This document shows positions 46,994-57,271 of a stretch of DNA of 64,000 nucleotides, one piece after another. Within the stretch, counting starts at the first letter, position 1; each line of letters starts with the position of its first letter. Under the pieces are notes generated by a model. It saw only the letters and a list, made by a program, of their open reading frames with translations. It was not told the origin of the DNA and made no database searches. Location of the stretch: assembly GCA_963674945.2 (NCBI GenBank), contig CAXXWQ010000003.1, forward strand, positions 1,728,001-1,792,000, in the 5' to 3' direction. Both the position numbers and the translations under genes were made by a program. This DNA is from an uncultured Desulfosarcina sp. (GTDB lineage Bacteria; Desulfobacterota; Desulfobacteria; Desulfobacterales; Desulfosarcinaceae).

Positions 46994-47185
46994 ATTCGAG
47001 GGCTGGAACCTTGACACACCACATCAAATAGGATAACTGATTTGGTTTGCGATTTTGTCCTGATTCCGGCGAAGCAGACGCAAACGACTGGAACGGATAT
47101 ATGAAACGTTTTTAGATAGTTGCGTCGCTTATGGACTGCAGCGACGTTGCGAAATGAATGCGAAGGGAACAAAAGCGGTGTCAAC

Positions 47186-48664
47186 ATGGACAATGCCAAA
47201 GACGTGCTAAGCAAGCGGAAAGAAAAAGCGGACGGGCTGAAAGCCAGTGGTGTCAACCTGTTTCCCAATGGCGTTACCGTCAGCCACACGATCAAAGATA
47301 TTGACGATTATATTCGAAACCTGCCGGAAACACAAAAGGAGGATTCGACAGAATTCACCGTGGCGGGACGGATAATGGCCATCAACAGCTTTGGCAAATC
47401 GGCCTTTATTCGGTTCAAGGATCGCACGGGCATTGTTCAGGCCTACGTGCGAATGGATAAGGTCGGTGATCGCAGCTATAATCTTTTCAAACGGTTTGAT
47501 GTGGGTGATTTTATCTGCGTTTCCGGTACCTTATTTCGAACCCGGACCGGTGAATGGACGATCCTCAGCACCCATATCGAATTGGTCTGCAAATCCACGA
47601 GGCCTCTTCCGGAAAAGTTCCATGGACTAAAAGACCCGGAAAAACGCTACCGGCAGCGTTACATTGACCTGATCATGAATTCGGAGGTGAAGGAGATCTT
47701 CATCAAGCGAAGCCAGATCATCCAGGCCATGCGCGCCTTTTTTCTGGCCCGGGATTTTCTCGAGGTGGAAACGCCCATGATGCAGCCGATTCCCGGTGGC
47801 GCGGAAGCGACCCCTTTCAAGACCCACCACAATGCGTTAAACATGGAGTTATATCTCCGTATCGCACCGGAACTTTATTTGAAACGCCTGGTCGTGGGAG
47901 GACTGGAACGGGTCTTCGAAATCAACCGAAACTTTCGAAACGAGGGCATCTCCACACAGCACAACCCTGAATTCACCATGGTAGAATTTTACATGGCCTA
48001 CGCCACCTATGTAGACCTGATGAACCTGACCGAACAGATGTTCGCCGAGATTGCCAAATCGGTCACCGGCGGCACCATCGTCAACTACCAGGGCAATGAA
48101 ATCGATCTGGGGGGAACCTGGAAACGAATTCCTCTTTACGAGGCACTGGAAACCATTGGGGGAATCGATCCGGATTTGCTTTCCCATAAGGACCGCCTGC
48201 TGGAATTCGCCAGCGCCAAAGGGATTACCGTCACGAAAACCGGTCGATTGGGAAAGATCATCACCAAATTGTTCGACGTCCTCGTGGAGCCCAAGCTGAT
48301 TCAGCCCACCTTTATCACCGAGTACCCGGCAGAAGTATCACCGTTGTCGAGAAGAAGCGACACCCATCCGGACCTGACCGAAAGGTTCGAACTGTTCATT
48401 GCCGGACGGGAGATTGCAAACGGTTTCTCCGAACTCAACGACCCGGAAGATCAACGTGGCAGATTCATGCAGCAGGTGGAAGACCGAAATGCCGGTGACG
48501 ATGAAGCACACTTTATGGATGACGACTACATCGAGGCGCTGGAATACGGAATGCCACCAACCGCTGGCCAGGGGATCGGTATCGATCGTTTGGTAATGCT
48601 GCTCACCGATGCGGCGTCCATTCGAGAGGTCATCTTGTTCCCGCATATGAAACCAAAGGCATAG
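47186..48664 (+). CDS. lysS: Lysine--tRNA ligase (class II)
   Basis: Motifs RYRQRYIDL, YLRIAPELYLKRL, FRNEG and GIGIDRL. ATG 47186 preferred. Confidence 0.97.
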   Translation: MDNAKDVLSKRKEKADGLKASGVNLFPNGVTVSHTIKDIDDYIRNLPETQKEDSTEFTVAGRIMAINSFGKSAFIRFKDRTGIVQAYVRMDKVGDRSYNLFKRFDVGDFICVSGTLFRTRTGEWTILSTHIELVCKSTRPLPEKFHGLKDPEKRYRQRYIDLIMNSEVKEIFIKRSQIIQAMRAFFLARDFLEVETPMMQPIPGGAEATPFKTHHNALNMELYLRIAPELYLKRLVVGGLERVFEINRNFRNEGISTQHNPEFTMVEFYMAYATYVDLMNLTEQMFAEIAKSVTGGTIVNYQGNEIDLGGTWKRIPLYEALETIGGIDPDLLSHKDRLLEFASAKGITVTKTGRLGKIITKLFDVLVEPKLIQPTFITEYPAEVSPLSRRSDTHPDLTERFELFIAGREIANGFSELNDPEDQRGRFMQQVEDRNAGDDEAHFMDDDYIEALEYGMPPTAGQGIGIDRLVMLLTDAASIREVILFPHMKPKA

Positions 48665-48785
48665 CGGCCGAGGAAAATCCCGAATTCCTTTCTCATGGTA
48701 CCAATGGGACCGTTGCATGAAGGCAGGACGTGTGGCGAAAAGATCGGCAAAATAGGACATAACCGTAACAAATACCGGCGAGATC

Positions 48786-50021
48786 ATGTCATTTGTCACC
48801 TTTGTATCGGGTCGTTACTTGAAAACGCGTCAAAAAAGAGCGTTTATCTCGCTGATTACCGGATTGTCCATCGCCGGGGTCACCGTTGGTGTAATGGCAC
48901 TCATCGTCGTCATCGCCGTCATGGCAGGATTTGAAACGGACCTGAAATCCCGGATCATGGGAATTCGACCGCATCTGCTGATCAACAAAAATAAGGGCAC
49001 CTATCCCGATTACGAAAAGACGCTAAAGCGATTGAAGACCATTGACGGAATCGAGTCCGCCTCTGCTTATATCACCTCCCAGGTCGTACTTCGGACGACC
49101 CTTCGCGCGACCGGGGCAATACTAAAGGGTGTTGATGCCAATATAGAAAAAAACGGAATACAAGGCGTACATATCGATCGCCTGACGGCAGGCAAGGACG
49201 GAAAAAGAGCACCTGAGACCGGTCAGCACCTGCCCGGTATTATCTTGGGCAAGGCATTGGCGGCAAACCTTGGCGTTATTACAGGAGATACGATATACAT
49301 GATCTCGCCTCGGGGGATGCTTTCACCGATCGGCCACATGCCGGCCATGATCAAATTTCGGGTCGTCGATCTCTTTGCATCGGGCATGTATGAATTTGAT
49401 GGCACCCTTGCATTCATCGATCTTTCTCAGGCCCAGAAAATGCTTCGAATGGACCATTGTGTCACCGGTATCGAAATCCGTCTTACGGACATGGATCGGG
49501 CAAAAATGGTCATGGCGGCCGTTAAAAGGGTGTTGCCGCCGGACGATCGGGTAAAGGACTGGAAACAGATCAATAAGAACCTGTTTTCCGCACTCCGGCT
49601 GGAAAAAACAGTCATGTTCATCATCCTGACCTTGATCATTCTGGTCGCGACTTTCAATATCGCCGGTTCCCTTGTCATGATGGTCATGGAAAAAAAGAAG
49701 GACATCGCCATTTTAAAGACCATGGGGGCAACCTCGAATACCATCGGCAAGATTTTCATTATCAAGGGATTGATCATCGGTCTGGTGGGAACAATGATTG
49801 GGACATTGGCAGGATTGGTATTGTGTAACCTATTGGAACGGTATCGATTCATTCACCTTCCGGCCGATGTGTTCACCATCACCACGCTTCCCGTGAATCC
49901 AAAAGCGGCAGATGTCTTGATCATCACCACGAGCGCATTGCTGATCTGTTTTTTGGCCACCATTTATCCCGCTCGAAAGGCAGCGGCAATCGATCCGGTG
50001 GAGGCCATCCGGCATGGATAA
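48786..50021 (+). CDS. lolC: Lipoprotein-releasing ABC transporter permease (LolC/E)
   Basis: Motifs ALIVVIAVMAGFE, DIAILKTMGA and YPARKAA. Confidence 0.9.
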   Translation: MSFVTFVSGRYLKTRQKRAFISLITGLSIAGVTVGVMALIVVIAVMAGFETDLKSRIMGIRPHLLINKNKGTYPDYEKTLKRLKTIDGIESASAYITSQVVLRTTLRATGAILKGVDANIEKNGIQGVHIDRLTAGKDGKRAPETGQHLPGIILGKALAANLGVITGDTIYMISPRGMLSPIGHMPAMIKFRVVDLFASGMYEFDGTLAFIDLSQAQKMLRMDHCVTGIEIRLTDMDRAKMVMAAVKRVLPPDDRVKDWKQINKNLFSALRLEKTVMFIILTLIILVATFNIAGSLVMMVMEKKKDIAILKTMGATSNTIGKIFIIKGLIIGLVGTMIGTLAGLVLCNLLERYRFIHLPADVFTITTLPVNPKAADVLIITTSALLICFLATIYPARKAAAIDPVEAIRHG

Positions 50022-50760
50022 CGGTGAAAACAAGGACGTCATGGGATCAAGCCCTTCAAAGGCGGCCGGTCAACACGGGGACATACTCGTCACGGCTTCC
50101 GACATCAAAAAGGTCTATCGGCACAACGGCGGGAGCATCGTCGTTTTGGATCGGCTTTCATTTCGCCTCCATTTTGGAGAGACAGTGGGAATCGTCGGTG
50201 CCTCCGGCATCGGCAAATCAACCCTCCTACACGTTCTGGGAACACTGGACAGGCCCGATTCGGGCGTCTTGGAATATTCCGGAAAGAACGTGCTGCAATG
50301 GGATGACAATCGTTTGGCCCGATTCAGGAACCAAACCATCGGTTTCGTATTTCAATTCCACCACCTGCTGCCGGAGTTTTCGGCATTGGAGAACACCATG
50401 ATGCCTGCATTGATTGCAGGCGTGGAGAAAAAACAGGCCCTTCGTTCGGCGAAATCCGTGCTGGTCCGGGTGGGACTGGAAAACCGGCTTACCCATCGGG
50501 CCAGGGAATTATCGGGTGGAGAACAACAGCGTGTCGCCCTGGCGCGCGCCCTGGTACAGCGGCCGGCGATCCTGTTGGCCGATGAACCGACGGGCAACCT
50601 GGATCGAAAAAACAGCGATCACATTCACGAACTGTTGATGGATTTGAATCGAGAATTGCACATGGCAATGGTAATTGTGACGCACAACATGGAACTTGCC
50701 GCGCTGGTTTCCCGGCGCGCCACGATTGTAAATGGCGTTGCGCAAGAACTCAACCAGTGA
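50014..50760 (+). CDS. lolD: Lipoprotein-releasing ABC transporter ATPase
   Basis: Motifs GASGIGKS, GFVFQFHHLLPEF, LSGGEQQR and ADEPTGNLD. Confidence 0.93.
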   Translation: MDNGENKDVMGSSPSKAAGQHGDILVTASDIKKVYRHNGGSIVVLDRLSFRLHFGETVGIVGASGIGKSTLLHVLGTLDRPDSGVLEYSGKNVLQWDDNRLARFRNQTIGFVFQFHHLLPEFSALENTMMPALIAGVEKKQALRSAKSVLVRVGLENRLTHRARELSGGEQQRVALARALVQRPAILLADEPTGNLDRKNSDHIHELLMDLNRELHMAMVIVTHNMELAALVSRRATIVNGVAQELNQ

Positions 50761-50791
50761 TGAATCCATTTGAGAAAAAGCCCTTGTCGGT

Positions 50792-53491
50792 TTGGGAGAT
50801 ATGATCTTGAGGCGATACTTTGCGTTCCTGCTTCTTTTGTTTTTTGTTGTCCCGTCCAATACACTGGCCATTGAAACGGTTCGCGTATTGATATTTCCAT
50901 TTGAGATTCATGCCAGCCAAAACCTCTCTTATCTCGGTAAGGACATCCCACAGGCCATTCGAACCTATCTGGAGACAGAAGGGGCCGTGTTCATCGAATT
51001 GGATGATCCTGCTGCCGTCGGTTCGTCGGCCGCGGCAACGGCGATAGATGAATTGCGGCAAATCGGTCTTCGGGCCGGTGCCGACAATGTGATCTGGGGC
51101 AGCCTGACGCGAATTGGCGACCAAATGAGCCTGGATGTCCATATTCTGGAAACGGTGGGAGACAAGCCTGTTGTTACCATCTATCAGGCGGGTTCGGGGA
51201 TGGAAAACTTGAGAGCCATCGCAAATGAGACGGCAGAAAAAATTGCCAATCAATTGTTTCAAAGAAAAATCATAACCCAGGTCCGCATAACCGGAAACAA
51301 ACGCATCGAATCGGACGCCATCGAAAGAGTGATCCGGGTGAAAGCCGGTGATGTGTTGCGCGCCGGTGATCTGGCAAGAGATATGAAAAATATCTATAAA
51401 ATGGGATATTTCGAAGATATCCGAGTGGAAGCGGAAGAGAGGGACGGTGGAAAAGCGGTGATTTTTCACGTTCAGGAAAAGCCGACCATCCGGAAAATCT
51501 CCTTTTCGGGCAACCATGTTGTCAAAGATGAAAAACTTCGTGAAAATTTGAATATCAGTACCGGTTCGATATTGAATATATTCACGATCAAATCCAATAT
51601 CGAACAACTCGAAGCCATGTACAAGGAGAAGAACTATCACAATGTCAAAATCGATTATACCGTAGAAGAAAAAGAAAACAATCAGGGCGACATTCAATTT
51701 GTCATCGAAGAAGGGAAAAAGATCAAAATCAAAACGATCACCTTCCAGGGCAATACGAACTTTACGGACAAACAATTAAAGAAAGTGATCAGCACATCGG
51801 AAAAGGGTTTTTGGTCCTGGCTGACCTCTTCGGGAGAGTTGAACCGCGAGGACCTGAGCCAGGACGTCGCCCGCCTCATGGGCAACTATCACACCAAGGG
51901 ATTCATTCACGCCAAGGTCGCCGATCCTGTCGTCGAATTCAAGGACGACTGGATCTATATCACCTTTAAAATCGAAGAGGGCGAGCGATTCAAAGTGGGC
52001 ACCATCGACGTCGCCGGAGATCTCATACGACCCAAGGCAGAATTGATGCCCAGACTCCAAATCTTCACGGAACCCTATTTCAACAGAGAGACCGTTAGAA
52101 AGGACGTCCTTTCTCTGACCGATGTCTATGCCGACGAAGGGTATGCCTATGTGGAGATCTATCCGCTCACGAAAGAGGACACGGTAAACCATCTGGTGGA
52201 TATCACCTACTCCATCGACAAAAAAGAGAAGGTCTATTTCGAGAACATCGAGATTTCCGGAAATACAAAAACCCGTGACAAGGTAATTCGCCGGGAGCTT
52301 AGGATCTATGAACAGGAACTCTACAGCAGCAGTCGGCTCAAACGAAGTGTCCGAAATCTCCATCGCCTTGATTTTTTCGAAGATGTGAAAGTGGATACGC
52401 CCAAGGGAAGTGCCGAAGACAAGATGAATGTCAATATCGATGTCGTGGAAAAACCCACGGGCAGTTTCACCTTTGGAGCCGGTTACAGCACGGTGGATGA
52501 TTTTTTTATCACCGGTTCGGTCTCCCAGAGGAATCTCTTCGGCAGAGGGCAAATCCTGAAGTTTGGCGGGCAGATCGGGAGTGAATCGGATTATTACAGC
52601 CTGAGTTTTACAGAGCCATGGCTCTTCGACATCCCCCTTTCCGGAACCGCCAGTATCTATCGGAGCGGCCGTGAATATGACACATACGACAGGACCAGTA
52701 TGGGGGGAGGCGTCGGCGGCAGCTACCCCATCTTTGATTACACCCGACTCTCTCTGTCCTATCGATACGATATTACCGACGTCTTCAATATCCAGTCTGA
52801 CGCCTCCGACAATGTCAAGGATCTGGAAGGAAAAAACACGACGAGCAGCATCACCACGGCCGTCACCTATGATTCCCGAGACCGCGCATTCAATACGACG
52901 GAGGGTCAGCGACATCGGATCAGCTATACCTATGCGGGAATCGGCGGTGATATCGGATTCAATAAGATTGTAGGGGAACTCGGCTGGTACATCCCCGTTT
53001 TTAAAGGGCTGGTGACCTTTTTGCACGGCGAGTCCGGATATGTACGCGAAAAAAAGGGATATAAGCTACCGGACTATGAGAAGTTCTACTTGGGCGGTAT
53101 GAACTCCATGCGGGGCTTCGACTACCAGGGAATCAACATTCGGGGGACTTCCACCAGGATCGAAATTAATGATGACGGCGATGAAGAAGTTGTCGAGTAT
53201 GTTACCGAGGAGGGTGGTGAAAAGTATGTTTTGTTCAATGTGGAACTCACCTACCCGCTGTTAGAGGAGGTGGGAATCGTCGGCGTACTGTTTTACGACA
53301 CCGGAAATGTTTATGACAGCGATGAGGACATCGATTTTGGCAGCTTACGACAAAGCGCCGGATATGGTATAAGGTGGTATTCGCCCATCGGCCCCATCCG
53401 CATCGAAGGGGGACACATTTTGGATCCCAGGGGAGAGCTGGGAGAAGATTATGGCGTCAACTGGGAATTTTCCATGGGGGGTACATTCTAA
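50792..53491 (+). CDS. bamA: Outer membrane protein assembly factor BamA with extra N-terminal domain
   Basis: POTRA repeats (GNTKTRDKVIRRE) and barrel motifs (FTEPW, GGMNSMRGF, WYSPIGPIR), with a terminal F. Confidence 0.95.
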   Translation: MGDMILRRYFAFLLLLFFVVPSNTLAIETVRVLIFPFEIHASQNLSYLGKDIPQAIRTYLETEGAVFIELDDPAAVGSSAAATAIDELRQIGLRAGADNVIWGSLTRIGDQMSLDVHILETVGDKPVVTIYQAGSGMENLRAIANETAEKIANQLFQRKIITQVRITGNKRIESDAIERVIRVKAGDVLRAGDLARDMKNIYKMGYFEDIRVEAEERDGGKAVIFHVQEKPTIRKISFSGNHVVKDEKLRENLNISTGSILNIFTIKSNIEQLEAMYKEKNYHNVKIDYTVEEKENNQGDIQFVIEEGKKIKIKTITFQGNTNFTDKQLKKVISTSEKGFWSWLTSSGELNREDLSQDVARLMGNYHTKGFIHAKVADPVVEFKDDWIYITFKIEEGERFKVGTIDVAGDLIRPKAELMPRLQIFTEPYFNRETVRKDVLSLTDVYADEGYAYVEIYPLTKEDTVNHLVDITYSIDKKEKVYFENIEISGNTKTRDKVIRRELRIYEQELYSSSRLKRSVRNLHRLDFFEDVKVDTPKGSAEDKMNVNIDVVEKPTGSFTFGAGYSTVDDFFITGSVSQRNLFGRGQILKFGGQIGSESDYYSLSFTEPWLFDIPLSGTASIYRSGREYDTYDRTSMGGGVGGSYPIFDYTRLSLSYRYDITDVFNIQSDASDNVKDLEGKNTTSSITTAVTYDSRDRAFNTTEGQRHRISYTYAGIGGDIGFNKIVGELGWYIPVFKGLVTFLHGESGYVREKKGYKLPDYEKFYLGGMNSMRGFDYQGINIRGTSTRIEINDDGDEEVVEYVTEEGGEKYVLFNVELTYPLLEEVGIVGVLFYDTGNVYDSDEDIDFGSLRQSAGYGIRWYSPIGPIRIEGGHILDPRGELGEDYGVNWEFSMGGTF

Positions 53492-53569
53492 CCATTTGAT
53501 CAAGGATACCGTTAGGTGATATGCTTGAGAACTTTAATTCAACGATAGTGACAAAAAAGGAGGACACAC

Positions 53570-54109
53570 ATGCGAACGGCAACCAAATGGACGATTTTGA
53601 CGATCCTTGTGGTCTTTGGCAGCGTGGAAATTGGTTTTTGCGCAGACGTTGCAAAAGTAGGCGTCGTCGAATTCCAGCGTCTGTTTGAAAATTCGGAAGC
53701 AGGAAAAGATATCAAGGAGGAAATTACCGCCCAGGGAAAGAAGATGGAGGCGGAACTCAAGGAAAAGGGCGCTGAAATCGAGGAACTGAAAAAACGTTTG
53801 GAACGGGAAGCGCTCGTGATGAGCAAGGAGATGCGAGAGGAAAAAGAGCGCGAGTTCAGAATTAAAGTAAATGATATCAAAACATTACAAAAAAAATACG
53901 AGGCTGAATTACAGGGCATGCAAAGAAAACTCATGGCCGGGATTCAGTCGGAGACCCTGGCGATCGTCGAAGAGATCGGAAAAGCGGGAGGATATCTTTT
54001 GATCATGGACAAACGCGGTGTTCTCTACTCACCAAGCACCATCGACATCACCGATGAGGTAATAAAAAAATACAATGCCCAGTACGTGAAGAACAAGAAA
54101 GACAAATAG
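53570..54109 (+). CDS. skp: Periplasmic chaperone Skp/OmpH
   Basis: Signal peptide, KVGVV, coiled coil and DITDEVI. Follows bamA. Confidence 0.9.
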   Translation: MRTATKWTILTILVVFGSVEIGFCADVAKVGVVEFQRLFENSEAGKDIKEEITAQGKKMEAELKEKGAEIEELKKRLEREALVMSKEMREEKEREFRIKVNDIKTLQKKYEAELQGMQRKLMAGIQSETLAIVEEIGKAGGYLLIMDKRGVLYSPSTIDITDEVIKKYNAQYVKNKKDK

Positions 54110-54115
54110 GGGAAA

Positions 54116-55168
54116 TTGACGACCGTGCCCAATGAATACACCCTGAAAATCATTGCCGACACCCTCCATGGCGAACTCGCCGGAGATGAAACCAAGATTA
54201 TCAGCGGGGTCGCTCCTTTCGAAACCGCAGGTTCGAACCAAATCACGTTTGCCGGCGGCAAGAAATATTTGAAACGGATCGAAGCGTCGAAAGCCGGTGC
54301 CATCCTCGTCCCCCGGGAATTTGATGCCCCCGGAAAAAACCTGATCCACGTGGACAACCCCCAGCTTTCGTTCATTGATGTCGTGAGGCTGTTTCACCCC
54401 ATTGCGAATCCTTTGCCGGGTGTCGATGAACGCGCTTTCTTGGCAGACGATGCGTGCATCAAAGAAAGGGTCTTTGTCGGCGCGTTTGTAACCATTGGCA
54501 AACGCACCACCATCGGTTCCGGATCGATCATTCAAAACGGCGCCTATATTGGCGACGATGTGGTCATCGGTGAAGAGGTGGTCATCTTTCCCAATGTGAC
54601 CATACTGGACGGGTGTTGCATCGGCAACCGTGTTACGATTCATTCCGGTTCCGTGATCGGCAGCGATGGGTATGGATTCGTACAAGACGGCGGAAGCCAT
54701 CATAAGATACCACAGATTGGCATCGTCCAGATCGATGACGACGTCGAGATTGGCGCCTGCAACACCATCGATCGGGCAACCTTCGGTCGGACATGGATTC
54801 AGCAAGGCGTCAAGACCGACAATTTGGTCCATATCGCCCACAATGTGGTCGTCGGTGAATACTCCTTGCTCGTCGCCCAGGTGGGCATTGCCGGCAGCAC
54901 AACGGTCGGCCACCATGCCATCATCGCCGGACAAGCGGGTGTATCCGGTCACTTGAATATTGGTAACCATGTAATCATCGGCCCACAGACCGGCGTGGCA
55001 AAATCCATATCGGACGGAAACGTGGTCTCGTCGGGATCTCCGGCCATGCCCCACAAGACATGGTTGCGGGTTCAGCGCGTCGTTCCGGATCTTCCGGATA
55101 GGATGCGAAAGATCACCGAACTGGAGCAACGGGTTTGTGAACTGGAAGAAAAAGACAAGGCACGTTGA
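54116..55168 (+). CDS. lpxD: UDP-3-O-acylglucosamine N-acyltransferase
   Basis: Hexapeptide repeats with IGSDGYG, TIDRA and DNLVHIAHN. Confidence 0.95.
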   Translation: MTTVPNEYTLKIIADTLHGELAGDETKIISGVAPFETAGSNQITFAGGKKYLKRIEASKAGAILVPREFDAPGKNLIHVDNPQLSFIDVVRLFHPIANPLPGVDERAFLADDACIKERVFVGAFVTIGKRTTIGSGSIIQNGAYIGDDVVIGEEVVIFPNVTILDGCCIGNRVTIHSGSVIGSDGYGFVQDGGSHHKIPQIGIVQIDDDVEIGACNTIDRATFGRTWIQQGVKTDNLVHIAHNVVVGEYSLLVAQVGIAGSTTVGHHAIIAGQAGVSGHLNIGNHVIIGPQTGVAKSISDGNVVSSGSPAMPHKTWLRVQRVVPDLPDRMRKITELEQRVCELEEKDKAR

Positions 55169-55186
55169 ATTTATCGGAGGTCTACC

Positions 55187-55621
55187 ATGGAAATTGATAT
55201 TGCATCGATCCTTACGCGTCTTCCCCACCGCTATCCGTTTTTGCTGGTGGATCGGGTGATCGAAGTGATTAAAGGCGAAAAAATCGTCGCGCTGAAAAAT
55301 GTCACGATCAACGAGCCATTTTTTCAAGGGCACTTTCCCGGAAAACCGATCATGCCTGGCGTTCTCATCGTCGAAGCAATGGGACAGGCAGGAGGGCTGC
55401 TCGTTTACCAATCGCTTGCACCGGAAAGTCAAAACCGATTGTTCTATTTCATGGGATTTGACAAGGTTCGATTTCGAAAGCCGGTTGTCCCGGGAGATCA
55501 GCTGATATTGGAAATAGAGATGCTGCGAATGCGATCCAATGCAATAAAAATGGCCGGCGTTGCCAAGGTCGACAAAAATATCGTTGCCGAAGGGCAGTTC
55601 ATGGCCGCATATGGAGAATAA
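55187..55621 (+). CDS. fabZ: 3-hydroxyacyl-ACP dehydratase
   Basis: Motifs LPHRYPFLLVD and FQGHFP..PIMPGVL. Confidence 0.97.
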   Translation: MEIDIASILTRLPHRYPFLLVDRVIEVIKGEKIVALKNVTINEPFFQGHFPGKPIMPGVLIVEAMGQAGGLLVYQSLAPESQNRLFYFMGFDKVRFRKPVVPGDQLILEIEMLRMRSNAIKMAGVAKVDKNIVAEGQFMAAYGE

Positions 55622-55622
55622 A

Positions 55623-56393
55623 ATGATTCATCCCACCGCAATTGTCAGTCCCGATGCAAGTATCGGTGAAAATGTGGAAATCGGTGCATACACCGTTATT
55701 GGAGACGATGTAACCATCGGCGACGGCACAACAATCGGGCCCCATGTGGTCATCGACCCCCACGCCATCATTGGTCCGGAATGTCGCATCTTCCAGTATG
55801 CCGCCATTGGCGCCATCCCCCAGGACCTGAAATTCGGAGGAGAGAAAAGTTACGTCAAGATCGGCAAAAAAGTCACCATCAGGGAATTTGTCACCATCCA
55901 CCGCGGAACAAAGCCCGGTGGCGGAATCACACAAGTGGGAGACGAATCTTTTTTAATGGCCTATACCCATATTGCCCACGATTGCAAGGTGGGAACCAAC
56001 GTGGTCCTTGCCAACAACAGCACTCTTGCCGGCCACATCTCCATCGGCAACTTCGCAACCGTGGGCGGTCTGGTTGCCATTCATCAGTTCGTCCGCGTGG
56101 GAGATTATGCCTTCATCGGAGGAAAATCGGCAGTGGTAAAGGATGTACCGCCGTATGTCATCGCCGCCGGAGATCGTGCGACGCTCCACGGACTCAATCG
56201 TGTCGGCCTGAAACGTCGTGGATTCACAGACGAATCCTTGAGTGCCCTGAAAAAAACCTATCGCATCCTGTTTCGATACGGACTCACACTCAATGAGGCC
56301 ATCGAACGCGTGAATGCACAGGTGGAGATGGTCCCGGAGGTGGTAACCTTCATCGATTTTATCAAAGCCTCATCGCGGGGTGTTACCCGGTGA
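55623..56393 (+). CDS. lpxA: Acyl-ACP--UDP-GlcNAc O-acyltransferase
   Basis: Motifs MIHPTAIV, PQDLKF, HIAHDC and GLNRVGLKR. Confidence 0.95.
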   Translation: MIHPTAIVSPDASIGENVEIGAYTVIGDDVTIGDGTTIGPHVVIDPHAIIGPECRIFQYAAIGAIPQDLKFGGEKSYVKIGKKVTIREFVTIHRGTKPGGGITQVGDESFLMAYTHIAHDCKVGTNVVLANNSTLAGHISIGNFATVGGLVAIHQFVRVGDYAFIGGKSAVVKDVPPYVIAAGDRATLHGLNRVGLKRRGFTDESLSALKKTYRILFRYGLTLNEAIERVNAQVEMVPEVVTFIDFIKASSRGVTR

Positions 56394-56450
56394 TGCTCCT
56401 CTTTCAGCATTCGTTCGCTGATAGGTAAGCTGCAGAAAAGACGCAATTCA

Positions 56451-57257
56451 ATGGAAGAAAAAATCGGCCTGATTGCTGGAAACGGTCAATTCCCCATTCT
56501 TTTCTCCAAAACCGCGGCCCGGAAAGGATTGCGGGTCTACACGGCCGCTTATGTCAATGAAGCGGAAAAGGCCCTCGATCACTTGTCGGAAGAGATCATA
56601 TGGCTTCATCTGGGACAGGTGAAACGCCTTATTAACTTTTTTAAGCGACATCAAATCCAGCGGGCCGTGATGTTGGGTGGCGTTCGCAAGACACGATTGT
56701 TCACCGATGTAAAACCCGACATGAAGGCCATTTCGATTATTGCGGGGATGCGGAACACACACGATGACGCCATCATGCGTGCCTTTGCCGACAGTTTGGA
56801 AAAAGAAGGCATCAAAGTCGAGGAGTCTACGTTTCTTCTGCCGGAACTGCTTGCAGCCGAGGGTATCTGGACAAATCGAAAACCGTCGAAATCGGAAAAA
56901 AAAGATATCGCATTGGGCCTTTCCGTCGCCCGTGAGATTGGCCGTCTGGACATCGGTCAGAGTGTCGTCGTCGGAGGCGGCTGCATCCTCGCCGTCGAGG
57001 CCATCGACGGTACGGACGCCACCATTGAAAGGGGGGGAAAGTTGGGAAAAGGGCAGGCGGTTGTGGTAAAGGTTTGCAAGCCCAACCAGGACTTTCGGTT
57101 CGATGTCCCTTCGGTGGGTCTGAAAACAATCGAGACCATGATCCAGTCCGATGTTCGCGTACTGGCAATCGAAGCGGAAAGGACCGTTGCCTTCGATCGC
57201 AAAGAAATGATACGCATGGCCAACGCGAACAACATTGCCATCGTCAGCGTAAAATGA
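56451..57257 (+). CDS. lpxI: UDP-2,3-diacylglucosamine diphosphatase LpxI
   Basis: Motifs IGLIAGNG, LDIGQ, AVEAIDGTD and QDFRFDVP. Confidence 0.9.
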   Translation: MEEKIGLIAGNGQFPILFSKTAARKGLRVYTAAYVNEAEKALDHLSEEIIWLHLGQVKRLINFFKRHQIQRAVMLGGVRKTRLFTDVKPDMKAISIIAGMRNTHDDAIMRAFADSLEKEGIKVEESTFLLPELLAAEGIWTNRKPSKSEKKDIALGLSVAREIGRLDIGQSVVVGGGCILAVEAIDGTDATIERGGKLGKGQAVVVKVCKPNQDFRFDVPSVGLKTIETMIQSDVRVLAIEAERTVAFDRKEMIRMANANNIAIVSVK

Positions 57258-57271
57258 TCGCCATCGAATAG

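Noticed and set aside
50750..55432. Long antisense ORFs (341, 416 and 467 aa) opposite bamA and lpxD/fabZ, with similar ones opposite map, rpsF, dnaB, hflX and pilC
   Set aside because: They shadow well-conserved genes, lack motifs, and are expected from codon bias.
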